Source: Hydrolagus affinis (taxonomy: Eukaryota). Taken from it: DNA of 64,000 nucleotides. Shown here one piece after another: positions 12,330 to 24,920 of the stretch. Below the pieces are notes generated by a model that saw only the letters and a program-made list of their open reading frames with translations, was not told the origin of the DNA and did not search any database. The stretch lies in the NCBI GenBank assembly GCA_012026655.1, contig JAAILG010000727.1:1-64000 (forward strand), in the 5' to 3' direction. The number at the start of each line of letters is the position of its first letter. Positions within the stretch are counted from its first letter, which is position 1. The position numbers and the translations under genes are program-made.

Positions 12330-12830
12330 AACATGCAGAACTCTGCAGCTCGTGTCCTCTCCCGCAGCAGGCTCCATGACCAAATCACACCCACCCTCGG
12401 GCTGCTCCACTGGCTTCCCATCCCTCAGAGGATCGAATTCAAGATTCTCGTCCTCACCTTCAAGAGCCTCCATAGCGTTGCCCTCTCCTACCCCGCCAAC
12501 CCTTATCAATCTGATGCTCCCTCCACGAAGTAGGCTCCAGCCTGCTCCATGTCCCTCATCCAGCCCTCTACCATCGGCAGTCGGGCCTTCAGGCCACCTG
12601 TCCTCATCTTCTGGAACTCCATCCTACATTCCCATTACCTCAATCCTTCCTTTGCCTCCTTCAATGCATGCATCAAGACCCTCCTCTTCAACTGTGCCTA
12701 CCATCTCTGCTCTCCACATTCCCTGATCCCAACCCACCATCACTCAGGTCCCAATTGCCTGACTGTTCAACATTTTAGGAATCATCCCAATGTGAAAGGT
12801 GCTTTATAAATGTAATTTTGTACTGTGTTG
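12330..12830 (+). mobile_element. L2-clade LINE 3' fragment (ORF2 C-terminus and 3' UTR), preceded by an isolated tail at 12270-12320
   Basis: Translates QNSAARVLSRSRLHDQITPTLGLLHWLPIPQRIEFKILVLTFKSLH, the typical L2 ORF2 C-terminal motif. Tail gtgaaaggtgctttataaatgtaatt. Confidence 0.9.
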
Positions 12831-13682
12831 TAATGTATCTGTATAAGAAAGTTTCATGTTTTTAACTTCTGTATGTACTCAGAATAGAAAGGGCACAGTG
12901 TAGTACAAAAGCTTTGAAGTAGAAATAAGTTTAATATACAAGGCAAGTCCTGAAGTTATATTTGGTTTTGGATGTCTTGTGGGTTAATCAGTAACTACTT
13001 CAAAGAAGAACTGTTTTGAAATATCTCATCGGAAAAGAGGAGACAGTGAAAGGCTAAGAGCTTGAAAGCAAGCTCTCTCCAATCCTAGAAGAAACACATT
13101 GTGTCCAGAATCATAGTTACCAAATACAACTGGGTAGTTATAAACAAAAATATGGCAGTTTGTGCATAAACTGCCTGCTGGTTGACTTCCAGAGCCTTGG
13201 TACATGCTACTGCCTTGAAAGGTGCTGTGTACAAATGTAATTTCGTATTGTATTGCCGTTGCCTACAAAATATACTGTTCCTACATTTTACAATGAATCC
13301 GATTAAGTGCTCTGAGACCTCCTCGTGGTGTGAAATAACAAAGGTAAGGATTATTATTGCTATTGTTTTACCAAATTCTTGTTTTATATTACAACTCAGC
13401 TCCATTATATCATGTTACTTTATTGGGTGAATTTGTGAAAAAAAACACAATTGCACTACGCACCCCATTCACTACATAACCCATAGCAAGCCCTCTCCCT
13501 GACAGCTTTCGTCCTAAATTGGTTGACTCCTGAGAAATCATTTAAGTGCACTGCGATCCCATCTTGCATGAAGGGAGCTGTGTAAATACAAGTTGTTGTT
13601 ATCATCAGGTGGTCACTTCCTGCTTGGCTGGATACGCACAGCTGGCATGATCACCATGAAAGATGAAAATTAAAGTAATAAA

Positions 13683-14065
13683 TGACATTCCAGTGGGTAA
13701 AGGCACCGCCCAGTACAGCACTGGTCCATACAGGTTAGCAAATCACAGGAAAGAATCCTGGTCTGTGTTGAGTTAGCTGATCTTAGCCTTGATGACATTT
13801 GACCTGAGCTCCCCCGAGGTTAGGGAGAGGAGAATCAGTCAGCCCTCCTCCTGCTTCTGGTAACTATCCAGAGACCCCTGCTGGAAGGTATATATGTTTG
13901 TTTGTGTTGGTGTGTGTCTTTTTGTTTGTGTGTGAGAGGGAATGTCAGACAAGACAAGACTCCACTGTGATGCCTCATGTGGTTCAGAAAGTTGACCGAC
14001 ACCCATTCAGGCAGGGACTAAAAGATACCGTGGAACCATACCCCAGTGGAACAGAATCTGATTTA
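13683..14065 (+). mobile_element. Family C (AmnSINE2-like) SINE
   Basis: cagtgggtaaaggcac...ggtctgtgttgagttagctgatct...ctatccagagacccctgctgga...gtggaaccataccccag. Confidence 0.7.
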
Positions 14066-14509
14066 AGCAATTTCTGGCATAGCAGAGAACCATTCAACTT
14101 CAGGATAGTTGTACAACACAACTCACTTTTCAAATAAACCACAACAACTCTTTAAACATAAAGAAGTGAAATTGGTTTGGGTGATAATTAACTGTAATGC
14201 ACCGTATCTAGTTGACTTCTTGCCATTGACTAAAACTTGGATTGCCTGCATTTTTTTCGAAACAGTTATCAGTCTTAGTGACACTAAATGGAACTTTGTT
14301 ACCAGTGACTATTATTACAAAACTAGTTTCCTTCATTTCAGTGGGTGATAATCTAAATGTTGATCAACTGAACACATGATAAGAGAGATGTGGCTGATCA
14401 TTGTTGTAATAAGATGTGACTTCACAGAGACTAAGTGAATGGCTGGACAGGAGCAATGTGGTACTGGATCCTCTGAAACACCATCACACACACACACCAC
14501 CCAAGTATG

Positions 14510-14715
14510 TTAGAGGGAGAGTGAAAAGGAGAGAGAATTGGAGAGACACAGGTGAAGGAAGAGAGTAAAGATAGCAGTTGAAAAAGTAGGAGTAGAAAGG
14601 GAGAAAACGAGCTAGAAAAAGAGCTAAAGGAAGAAGAAGAGAAAGGAGCAAAGAGGAGAGAAAGAAAGGGAGTGAGAGAAAATGAGAAAGAATGAAAGAG
14701 ACACAGAGACAAAGA
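14510..14715. repeat. Purine-rich (GA) low-complexity tract
   Basis: Seen directly in the sequence. Confidence 0.85.
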
Positions 14716-17294
14716 AATCTGGTCTGTGAAAAACGACAACAAAACCAGTCTGAGCTGAGACACAGCAGGGAGAGTGCACGTGGTGGAGCAATGCTAGTCA
14801 GTAAAAGGCAAAAAAACACTTCCCTGCAACCCATATCCAAAATCACCCTTAATGAGCAAATCCAAAAGGAATGAAGCTTTACATATTGGAATCTGTGCTT
14901 TCCACTGCTGCCAGACTTCAGCAAAAAACTATGGTGCAAAGGGGAATCTCCTTTGCAAATCTCTCACCACAAACGCAACCAGGTTTCAGACTCTGGAGTG
15001 CTCGGGATTGGCACATTTCTGATCTCTGGTATTGTACATTGCTACCGTCAGTCAGCACAGTGTCCAAAATCATGGCACAAATGTCATCAAAAGCGATGTT
15101 ATTAATGAGACCAGATTGAGCTTTCAACCCGAGTTTTTGACATTCACTTTGTCCAACCTGCATGTTCTCATCACAATAAAATGCTGCAGCTTGGGTCAAG
15201 GAAATGATCTGATCAATCACAGCCAAGGCATTTCATTACTAGCTCTCAAGGTTTGTGGAGGAAAGGTCACAGTGGTGTTATTTAACCAGACCTTTTGCAA
15301 ATACATTTTCATTTGTTATTGAAATAGATTTAACAGAGAATCAACGAGAAGACTCCCTTTACACACGAGCCATGGGCCCAACACACTGAGCCTTATACTT
15401 GCTGATTGAAGGGTTTCATGGGTGAGAATTACAAAGAACGAAATCCCCTTATATTTTCATGATGTTCATGGTGACAGTTATTCAGTGCTCCTCACTGGAA
15501 AGTGAACACTTGTGGCCATTTGGATGACTTCAGCATTTATGTCCCAGACATAAACAACCTTCTGCCTCCATCTCCCTCCCATGGTTAAATAATCAATTGG
15601 TATTGACTCTCCAGGCTTATGTGAAGAGACTGGCCGGTTACACTCTGTGCTGAGAAATGCCAGTGCTCACAACTCCGCACTCCCGGGAAGAGCTCCAGCA
15701 CCATCTGGGGAGAATAGGAGAGCAAAATGGACAGCGGCTATTGGTCTTAGCTTGGAGTCAATGCCTACATGATGCAGACTGGCAGCCTGATCTGTGCACC
15801 AGTGAGCAATGATCCCGTGCAGTCTTATTCCGAGGGAGCAGTGATTTGGTTTGGCCGCAGTGAGAAATGAAAGCATCACACTTGTGTAGCAGTGGGTGTA
15901 TGCCTGAGGGTGGGGCTGAGCACTAGCAACATCACAGGAATTGTGGACTTCATGTAAGCTGAGGTTCACGTGACCTCGGAATACTAGACGTAGCTCCCTG
16001 GGTATAAATCGGAAACCACTTCTCACACAACTGTGGGCAAAGTACAAAAAGTTCCAGTTCCCTCTGCACCGCAGCAGTCTGCAGGATATAGTACTATACG
16101 AGGAGTCTGAGAAATTCTTGGAGACTAGACATCCAAGAAATTGCTGGGAATCAGGAGTCTACAGTCACTAAACTTTATCATGAATTCCATGAAGTTTTCT
16201 GAGATGTGCTCCTAACATAAAAGGTGCCGCTACAAATTCGTTATTATTCAATGCCACCGTAGGTTAACATCCAGCCTCAGCAGTTCATCTCAGCTGGGGG
16301 CCTGGGGCTCGAGCAGAGAGGATTGATAGGAGAAGAGAAAGAAATTAAACTCCATTTACCACAAATCTGCCCATTCCGCCAATACCTGCCATGTAGCTTC
16401 CGGTTTATGAACTGTGCGTGAATTAAACTTTCTGCAACACGACAAGGCGGTTTATTTTGAAGGCAATCTTTGCAATATTGCCTCTAACTCCCACCCTTAA
16501 ATTACAACCTCCAGACCCGAAACACACACACTCGTGTCCACTTCTTTGTGGAAACACTTAGTAGCATTATTGAGAGACACACAAAGCATTACTGAAAGAT
16601 ACTTTCCTTCCCTAGTCCCATCCTCTCTCCTCCATGATGCGACATAATGAGTTGAGACTACCAATGCTGCTCCCAGGAGGAAAGTCCACGTGAATTCAAG
16701 AGCATCTAAAGAGTTCCGTGACAAAGACAAAAAGCTAATAGATGTGCCTTCTCAAGCAACACAACACAGCTTTTAACACATGAAGTTGAGAACCGCAATG
16801 AGAGGAGTGATAGGAATCTGATATTACACCTGTCTAGCTTAATGACAGGCAACGGTAATGAATGCTACATTAGATCCAATGCCCGCAAACAGGTACTATG
16901 CATTCAAAGAATACATACCTACACAGGCCTATGATGGTGGGATAACTGTTAGGTCTTTTATAGTGTCGCTAAATTTCAGTTAAAGTCGTTTCCTTCAGGT
17001 TCCCTGCAGAAATAACGACAACAATCTTGACTGCTGCTCTGATTTACTGTTTAAGAATGGAGTAAGGAATACAGTGCAAAGAAATTCAGCAATGAAATGC
17101 TTAAGAGATTCAATCCAAGAAATATTTTGGCCCACCACTATAAAATGTTTCCCTTCCCCCAAAAACAGGGTCGGGCACTCATGGCAGATTGAAGTCTCTC
17201 TATATCATCCCAGCTCCACAAACTGACAACGGAAGATAGAGGCAGTCCACTCGGCACTCAAATCAGACAGCTTCCTTATTGATTACTCCTTAAA

Positions 17295-17450
17295 CTTTGC
17301 AGCGTGAGTCATGTCTGCTGTGCTGCAGGAATTGCCGTGGGCAGCGGAACCTGTCAATCACACTGGGTGCTTTGAGCTGTCTGGGAGATGACAGACGTCA
17401 GGAATGTCACCACAGTAAATTACTAATCTGACCATCACAGGTCAGAATAA
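17295..17450. promoter_or_regulatory. Candidate enhancer (PBX-MEIS, AP-1, CRE-like and TEAD motif cluster)
   Basis: TGAGTCA 17305-17311; TGATTGACAG on the minus strand 17351-17360; TGACAG 17389-17394; GACGTCA 17394-17400; GGAATGT 17401-17407. Confidence 0.45.
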
Positions 17451-19599
17451 GGGCTGCACCAAGTCGCAACAGTGTTCATCCTCCCTGTGCCTCACAGAGT
17501 ATTTACAGAACAGAAGCTTGTGTGCTTTGCTTCACTGCGTGGCCTGAGGCTTACCCACTGCTCCCCAGCAATGGGCCCGCTTGCATTAGCTCGCACCATT
17601 TAGGGAGTGAAGCATAGCATCAAGTCACACAAAATATGCATTTTCTATCAAAATTGTTTTGACATGAGCAATAATGAAGCCATCTGTGTACGGTCATCCT
17701 GAATTGAGGTTAGTCTGGATGGTTGAAGGAAATAAGTGGAAGGAGTGAAGTGCTGTGTTTCAGAAAAAAGACGAGGGAGTGAAAACATAGCCTGAAGGGC
17801 AGGTCACCCAAATGGGGTGGAGGAGATGTAGAGGAATGAATAAAAAAAACACTAAAAGAGGAATGATGGGTACAAAAAAGGATCTAAGGCACTTGGGGTT
17901 AAGGCACTGTGATTTTTGAATAGAGATTGAATAGAATATAAAGATAGAGATTTGTTGGAATTGTAAAGGACCTTGGTTTAGCTGCAGATTAAATACAATA
18001 TTATGTTTAGAAGTGTGACATTATAAAACAGGGCATGATGGGTTGAATGGCCTCCTTGCTGAAAATCTCCACGTTTCTGTTTTCTCAATATGAATAGGTC
18101 AAATATACATTACTGCTATTCATTCACACAGTCAATATTTCCGTATTTCAGCTCAAGATCTTCCTTTCAATATAAGAGAGGCTTAGATAAAGAAAAGTCA
18201 ACACAGCCGTCAGCCTTGGCATCAGACCTCAAACCCACAGGTCAACTAACTATGCAGCCAATGAGCAACAAAGCTAGGAATTGGTTATGCTGGTCGGGTT
18301 TACAAGTCGTCTACAAATCGTCCACTGTAACTGCTGGCTGTATGTTCCTTTTATGCCAATGTTTTATGGGTTAATAGATTTATGTGTGGCACAGCACTTC
18401 ACAACGCAAGACCTATAGTTCTCTATCACAGTGAAAGATTTATTACCCTCACCAATTACAAGCTTTGGTATATTGGCTGAATCCGCTGAATTCAACCATT
18501 TTAGGGAATAACAAGAGATATCTTTCAGCGCAGACAGTCCTCAACCTTTAAACAAAGGTTGAACCTCATCTCCTTTTTAAAAAATAGAAATTTCTAGGAT
18601 TGTCCCAAACTGTTTCAACAACTTGTACTTAAGTACCAGTGACTTTCATTTTATACGAACACCACAAAGAGTATCCCAGATGTCAGTGAGCATGAGCAAC
18701 AACAAACAACAACTTGCAGTGTGACCAACCTTCACGTAGAATAATGACCAGGAGCACTTTATAGTGGCTTTTTACAGATTGTCACAGATCCAATCGAACA
18801 CAGGAGTCGAAGGAGGGTTAACCAGAGGTTAAGAGTATAGAAATGGAAAGCTCAGACGCCGATGTTGGCAGTGAGAGGAATAGGATATTAAAAGTGTTAA
18901 TGAAAAGCATAATTAAAATGGTGGGTGGGTCTTAATCTGTGCATGTGGGAGTGATGTGGCTGTTGTGGGAATCAATAGATGATCTGGCTGGATTTCTCAC
19001 AACAAGCACAATTTATATTACATGACTGTGAACAGGTGTATCTTGTAGAGATGGAGAACTTCATCACTGAGCTGTGCTCAACTGCCAATGCAGAGAATAG
19101 AAAGGATAAAGTGCAAACATGCACACAGCCTCCAGCAAAATCTTTGATGTGGTACCAAGTAAACCAGCAACAACAACGACAACAACTTCTATTTATATAA
19201 TTCGCTTCATGTGGGGCAGAATCTCGGAATTTGGGTAAATGCAACAACCAGTGTGGAATGGAGGCACACAAAGCAGGAAGATTCCCTATTCTATCTCCAG
19301 TTTGTTCTGAGTGGGAAAATCTCAACCAGGAGAGCAATTGCTCTTGATATCCATCAATTAAGAAGTGGAATATATGAAACAGCATTAGTTCTAACTATTC
19401 AGTGACCCCCATTCCTGACAAGCAAAGAGCTTCACAGAATATACTGTAAAGTGAATATTGACTTTATATTTTGTGGGTGCACAGAAGTGTTCCACAAACA
19501 ACTGTGCATTGAAGTTGTAGTTGTTGTACACTATGGATAGGGCATCTGTTCAAAGAAGGAGGTGGAGGATTTCCTTTATTTTTCATACTATCAGTTAAA

Positions 19600-19697
19600 T
19601 ATTTTTTAGGGCAAAACAAGCACTATAGCCACCAATACGTGTTAGTCGCCACGCACTCAGACCACCAAGAAAATGTTTGAGAACCACTGATTTAGAC
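19600..19697. mobile_element. hAT/Charlie-type DNA transposon end
   Basis: gtttgagaaccactg (reverse complement CAGTGGTTCTCAAAC) followed by atttagac, similar to the Charlie NTCTAGAN target. The other end was not found. Confidence 0.5.
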
Positions 19698-20045
19698 TCA
19701 AGGCTATCCATCTCTCATATCAGGCAGTGACAAGGGTTCAGCCTGCAAACACAAAAAACATGATCAAAAGGGTCAGAGTGCTGCTGTTGCCGGCAGTCAC
19801 TGAAAAGAAGGAAAAGGACAATTTTCTTGGCAGTAATTTAATTCTAACATAGTTTGGCCTTTGGTGTTTGCTCAGAGGGGGTAGAGGTGGGGATGGGGAG
19901 TGGGGGGGGAGGAGGGGGAAGAAGCCACGGTGGGTTTGGAGGAAAAGCCTGCTTTGTCTACTTATTTTTTCAACACAAAACGTGGCACTACCCCCCAGTA
20001 CAAACCCAACAATAATGAATTCACGGTGCCAGGAGGAGGGTTCAC

Positions 20046-20273
20046 CTTGCAATGCGGTGCTTGACAGGAGAAGCACAGCTGTGGCTCAGTCCCCGCGACA
20101 TTTCACCCAAAATACTACTGTCTTTGTTACATTTTCCTCTTCTCCGGCTGACTGCCCCAAGCCCAGCACCACACCAACATTCGTGTGGTTTTTCACTGCT
20201 GGTGTACAGCTTGTTTTCATATTCTGGCCCTCGCAGACAGACTCCTCCCAGTCTGGAACTCGAAGTGCTGTCC
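20046..20273 (-). CDS. Candidate upstream exon ending ...SPVKHRIA(R); either a 228-bp phase 2-2 exon or a first coding exon starting at ATG 20101
   Basis: GC-richer stretch with an open frame. Donor AG|GTGAAC in phase 2 gives AG+A = Arg with the 4937 exon. The acceptor (atgtgcAG) is weak. Confidence 0.3.
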
Positions 20274-23200
20274 CTGCACATATACATCAGTGTTTTCTGC
20301 TCTTCACAGACATACCAGCTAAGCCTTACACATGAATAATGGGGGATGTGGTAGCACTCAACGCCCAACACGCTGCAGGATTCCGGGAGGACAAACTGTC
20401 TGTGCTGACAGGAACATGCAAAGATTTAGCCAATGATTTACATTTTGTTACTTCGGAATGGATTTTTTGCTGCAAGCAATTGTGAGAGCGAGGGTAGGAG
20501 AAAGCTGTGTCCTATCTCATCCGCTCTGGCACAAAGCTCGGGCCTGCAGCTCCAGTATATTGACTAGACAGTGGTGGTCACAAATCAGTCCTATATGGAG
20601 AGGTGCAGCATGTTCATTTGCTGGTTTTAACAATCCAAGCGACACGTTGATTTTCATTCTTGCGTGGTCAATGTTACTCTGTGTGTTTCTGACATGTAAT
20701 ATTATATAATTACAAGAGAAAAGGAGTTGCAGTGCTCTCACAACAAAACCCAATGTGACCTTACATTTATCTTGGTGCCCTAAAGGACAAAATTCACTGT
20801 CAGTGGTACATACCCTTTGGAATGAGGTTCAACTATTCCATCTGTTGATAAATATGGAATTCTCAATGTTCGTTGGTGTGAAGAGAAGCTCGGCCTAAAA
20901 AAAGAGGCACCATCTCTAAAAGTTAATCCTGTGAAGCGCTTTGACATGAAACGTCCTGTATCAAATGCCAGGATTATAATTATCATTATTATTATAATAA
21001 TGAATCAATCACCCAAATTTTATTCTATCAGTAAGAATGCTTTCCATACCTAGCCAATTGTATTAAGGTGCAAGAATGTAAAGACGAGTGAATACAAATC
21101 TTTCCATAAACCTTTCCAAGGAATAAAATGTTTTTTTCAGTCCTCTTTCCTGCTATCTTGTTCCCTTACTCCTCCTCTCCTGAAGCATCTGATTCAAACT
21201 TCCGCTCAATACTAATGCTTGCATGATATGGTGTCTTATCACATAGTTGAGATATGCTTGAGATCACCTCAGAGCTAACACAGCACAGCAGGTAACATAT
21301 CTGAAAAGCAGTAGAATGTGTCCAAAGAGGGCATCCAAATTCAAACGTCAGTCAAATTCAGAGAGATTATAATCTGGAGGCCCAAAGAATCCTCTCACTG
21401 ACGGAGCAAAGTGTTACTGATCAGAACGTCTCCTTACCCCCGGAATGCAATGTCAGAATATGAAGATCTAAGTCTAAGAGGTTGTCAGAACTCCTTTGAA
21501 GTTTAAATGCTTCTGATTTAGACAACTAGCATACACTGAGCTTAAATTGGAGATCAATTGTACAAGCCACCCAGCAGTCTGCTCCCACTGGCAGTAATAC
21601 TGTGAGGCAAACCAGACACAGGTAACAGTGTAACTAATATCCTAAAAAAATTATCTTTTAAAAAGTAAAGTAAACTTCACAAACCACAGACAGCGATTAC
21701 CTACACCTACAGGCAGTGTCATTTCACCTTGTCACTGTGCTTTGAACACCCACGTAATGTTACATTTTGGGGATTTTCAAACGTAAGTGAACTTTCCTTT
21801 AATGCCACTGGGGCTGAAAACAGACTCATCTGAGAAAAATGGGCAGAAATATGGGTGGGCCATTTCTCGAAATACAATATACACTCCACTGACCTTCTGC
21901 AAAGAGATGTTGCTTTGCCGGCTGACTTTTCCCCTGATGTGTTTTCTGTTCAGTGCATTTTTGACAATTTTCAGGCAAATTAACTTTCTTACTGAACATC
22001 CCCAAAATAATCACAAATGTCATGGTGACAAAAATCTGACATAACAAAAGATCTTCAGTTTCAAGCAACACAAATAATAGAAACATTATCTCGATTGTTT
22101 TCAACAATGACATGAATTTATGTCGGTAAAGGTGGCGAATTAAATATTGCAGTCTAATTTGTGATATTTCTTAGTGGATTGTCTTGGATGGATGTATTTC
22201 CAATTATCGGAAAGTGTTCCATTTGGGCGACTCGGATTTCTTATTAAAGAATCCCATTAAGAGCTATCGCAAACTACTTTCTTATCTGTGACACCCATCT
22301 TCTGCATTAAGTATTCCCAAATTATTCACTTTAGATAATGTAAAGCTCTTTCTATGTGGCTCACAACATTACAACTCAGCTCTAACCAAAGCAGATCATT
22401 CCTACTGCACTGCAACCCTCCTGACACTGGCACATTGCGTCTGTGCTGGGCAACGGATCAAACGCACTTCACTTGGGACTCATGCAGCAAAAGAGAACAA
22501 CAGATCGTCATGCCATTATTTGGAACATGGTACCAGGATTGAAACAAAACACCTCCTTGTCTATAAACTAAACACAACAGACTTTGCGTTTGCTATAATC
22601 CACACGGGTAGCGAAAGTGACTGGAATACGGTGCTCAAACACCATTTGAATAATATGAATTTAGCACTCACAGCAACAATAAGAATTAGGAGAGATTTAG
22701 TGGCTGTTTGACAATATAGAAGCAACGGAATTCATTTCATGTGTGAAATTTTAAGACCAACTACCAATAAACAGTGAGTGGTTTCAGATGGCTGAGCTTT
22801 ATTGTCTGAAGGATTAGCAGCGATTAATGCAAGAGCCATTAAAATAATCATCATCATCTGCAGGTCCATCACCCAGTTCCTTCTGGAGTGTGTAATTTTT
22901 ATTGGTGCTTCTCCACATAGGCTTTTGTAATATTTACCCTGAACACCACCTTTGTCATGGATCGTAATTCAGCACCAGCCAAAGCCTGGGGTGCGTGGAT
23001 GAGGCTTTTCTGGCAGGTATGCAAAGTCTCCTGGAGTGAAACTGACTCCCAATTGGTAACATGTCCTCTGTCTTACTCAATATGACGCATAAATAAATTA
23101 AATGGCTATGCATCGCAGTTAATCTGTGTCAGTTAACAAACATTCTTCAGGCAAACGTTGAACACAGTCTATGAGAGTTTTGGCCATTGCTATACTGGGA

Positions 23201-23887
23201 GAAAGGGGGTTGGGATGACATTTGAGAAAGAGGGATTGGGTGTCAAGTAGTTTACGGTGAGAGAAATAAATAGCCTCAGCCATTGCCAATTATCTACCTG
23301 AATGTTTTTTTTCAAAGCAGGAGACCTTTATGTAGTGTGTAAAGTTGGGGAATTTGTGAGATTACTTTGCTACTGTTAATTTTATAATCTGAATGGATAT
23401 TGATCATTGTGTTCACAAACACACAGATTTAATGCCCAAGAAAGGAAGGACTAATACTATCAAGTGGAAAATACTTACTTTAGAACCATCTCCTGTAAGA
23501 TCTTATAATATATATTCCCAGTTAACCAAACGTATGGTGCTGGCTCGAGAACAATAATATGTCAACCCCATGTTCAGTAAATGAGGCCACATCTGATCTT
23601 ACCATACCTGATACATAAATATCTACAAGTAAACTGCAGGTTAGGCCCTGTTGCTTAGGCCTTGACAATAAAAACCTTGGCAATGCCCACACCTATTTGT
23701 GCTGGCCCACATATCACGGTAACTTGACCAGGACCTAGCATTACCTGGCGAAACAGCTACTAATTTTTTTAAAAATCGATTCTATTTATTATCTGTATTC
23801 TAGATATTCCAGATCCTGCCAACTGTACACCTGGAAGATAACAGAATGGGAGTAAGTCGCAGTCTATGCACACAGTTAAACATTATA

Positions 23888-24095
23888 CAGTAAAAGCCTG
23901 TTTATCTGGCACCTTCGGGACCTGGCCAATGCCGGTTAAAGCGCATGACAGATGTTCGGCCGAAAACACAAAAAAAAACTATTTCAATGCATTTTTCCAG
24001 ATAAATTCCAGTTAACCGTATGCGACTTTTTTTTTGTGATGCCGGTTAAACGGAAATTGCAGTTGATCGGGTGCCGGATAAACAGGTTTTTACTG
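23888..24095. mobile_element. Tc1/mariner (pogo/Tigger-like) MITE, 208 bp
   Basis: TIRs CAGTAAAAGCCTGTTTATCTGGCACC / GGTGCCGGATAAACAGGTTTTTACTG with TA on both sides. Second copy at 58012. Confidence 0.9.
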
Positions 24096-24316
24096 TACAC
24101 ACACTTAACACTGTCCCAAGCAAAAGCAGCCAGTGCAACCTATTATTTCTCCTTTTTATAATGCTACACCAGGCAGAATAACAAAATCAGTTTAAGAGGG
24201 TATTCCGCATTCCAATCAGTTTATAATGAATGCACCAAAATGTCAAGCCTTGATCATATCTTTATATATATATATATATATATAATGTGTTGCATTGCAG
24301 CAATGGGTGCAACTAG

Positions 24317-24920
24317 TATAATATTCCATGTATTTGATGTAGCACCTCATCAGATCATCGAGATGTCTCAAAGTATTTCACAATATACTGTACACAGTAA
24401 GTGGAATGACTGTGTATTTTGTGGGCAAAACATGGCAGTCAGTATGTGCACAGCAATGAATCACAAACAGCCATGGAGAAAATGACCATTCTACATTGTG
24501 GATTGTTAGCCAGGATACCAGGAGAACCTTCCTTCTCTTTTCAAACAGTGCCATGGGATCTTTGAAATCCATTTAAACAGGCAGAGGGGACCTTGATTGA
24601 CGTCTCATCCAAAGGACAGGAGGTGGGTGGCTGGGGAGGTGGGTGCGCGGAGCTTTAGAGTCTCGAGCCCAAGAGTGCGGAGCTAAGGACCCGAGTGGAG
24701 CCGAGGACCCGAGTGTGTGGAGTTGAATGTAAAGGAGTGGGGGCGCAACAAAAACGTTGCTGAGTTAGGCGGGTGCCGCTATTCAAAGTTTGGAAACCAC
24801 TGGCTTAGACCATGTGATTCCAAATCCCGACATGGAGCTCGAACCCATAACCTTCTGACTCCCGATGTGAAAGGCACTCTATAAATGTCATTTTGTTGTT
24901 GTTGTTGCTATCACTGAACC
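24317..24920 (-). mobile_element. Family B Deu-SINE carrying two nested insertions
   Basis: agtgccatgggatcttt...cgtctcatcc core and cgaacccataaccttctgact head on the reverse strand. Confidence 0.75.
24620..24802. mobile_element. hAT/Charlie-type fragment with GC-rich internal short repeats
   Basis: Terminus gtttggaaaccactg followed by gcttagac. Internal repeats ggacccgagtg. Confidence 0.6.

Noticed and set aside
14431-14939. Long hydrophobic ORFs resembling membrane proteins
   Set aside because: They are translations of the GA/CT low-complexity tract.
14918-15226. 102-aa minus-strand ORF as an exon
   Set aside because: No convincing splice-site pair and no recognisable homology.
24640-24725. 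CRISPR-like repeats
   Set aside because: A few short imperfect GC-rich repeats inside a DNA transposon fragment in a eukaryotic context, with no spacers or cas genes.
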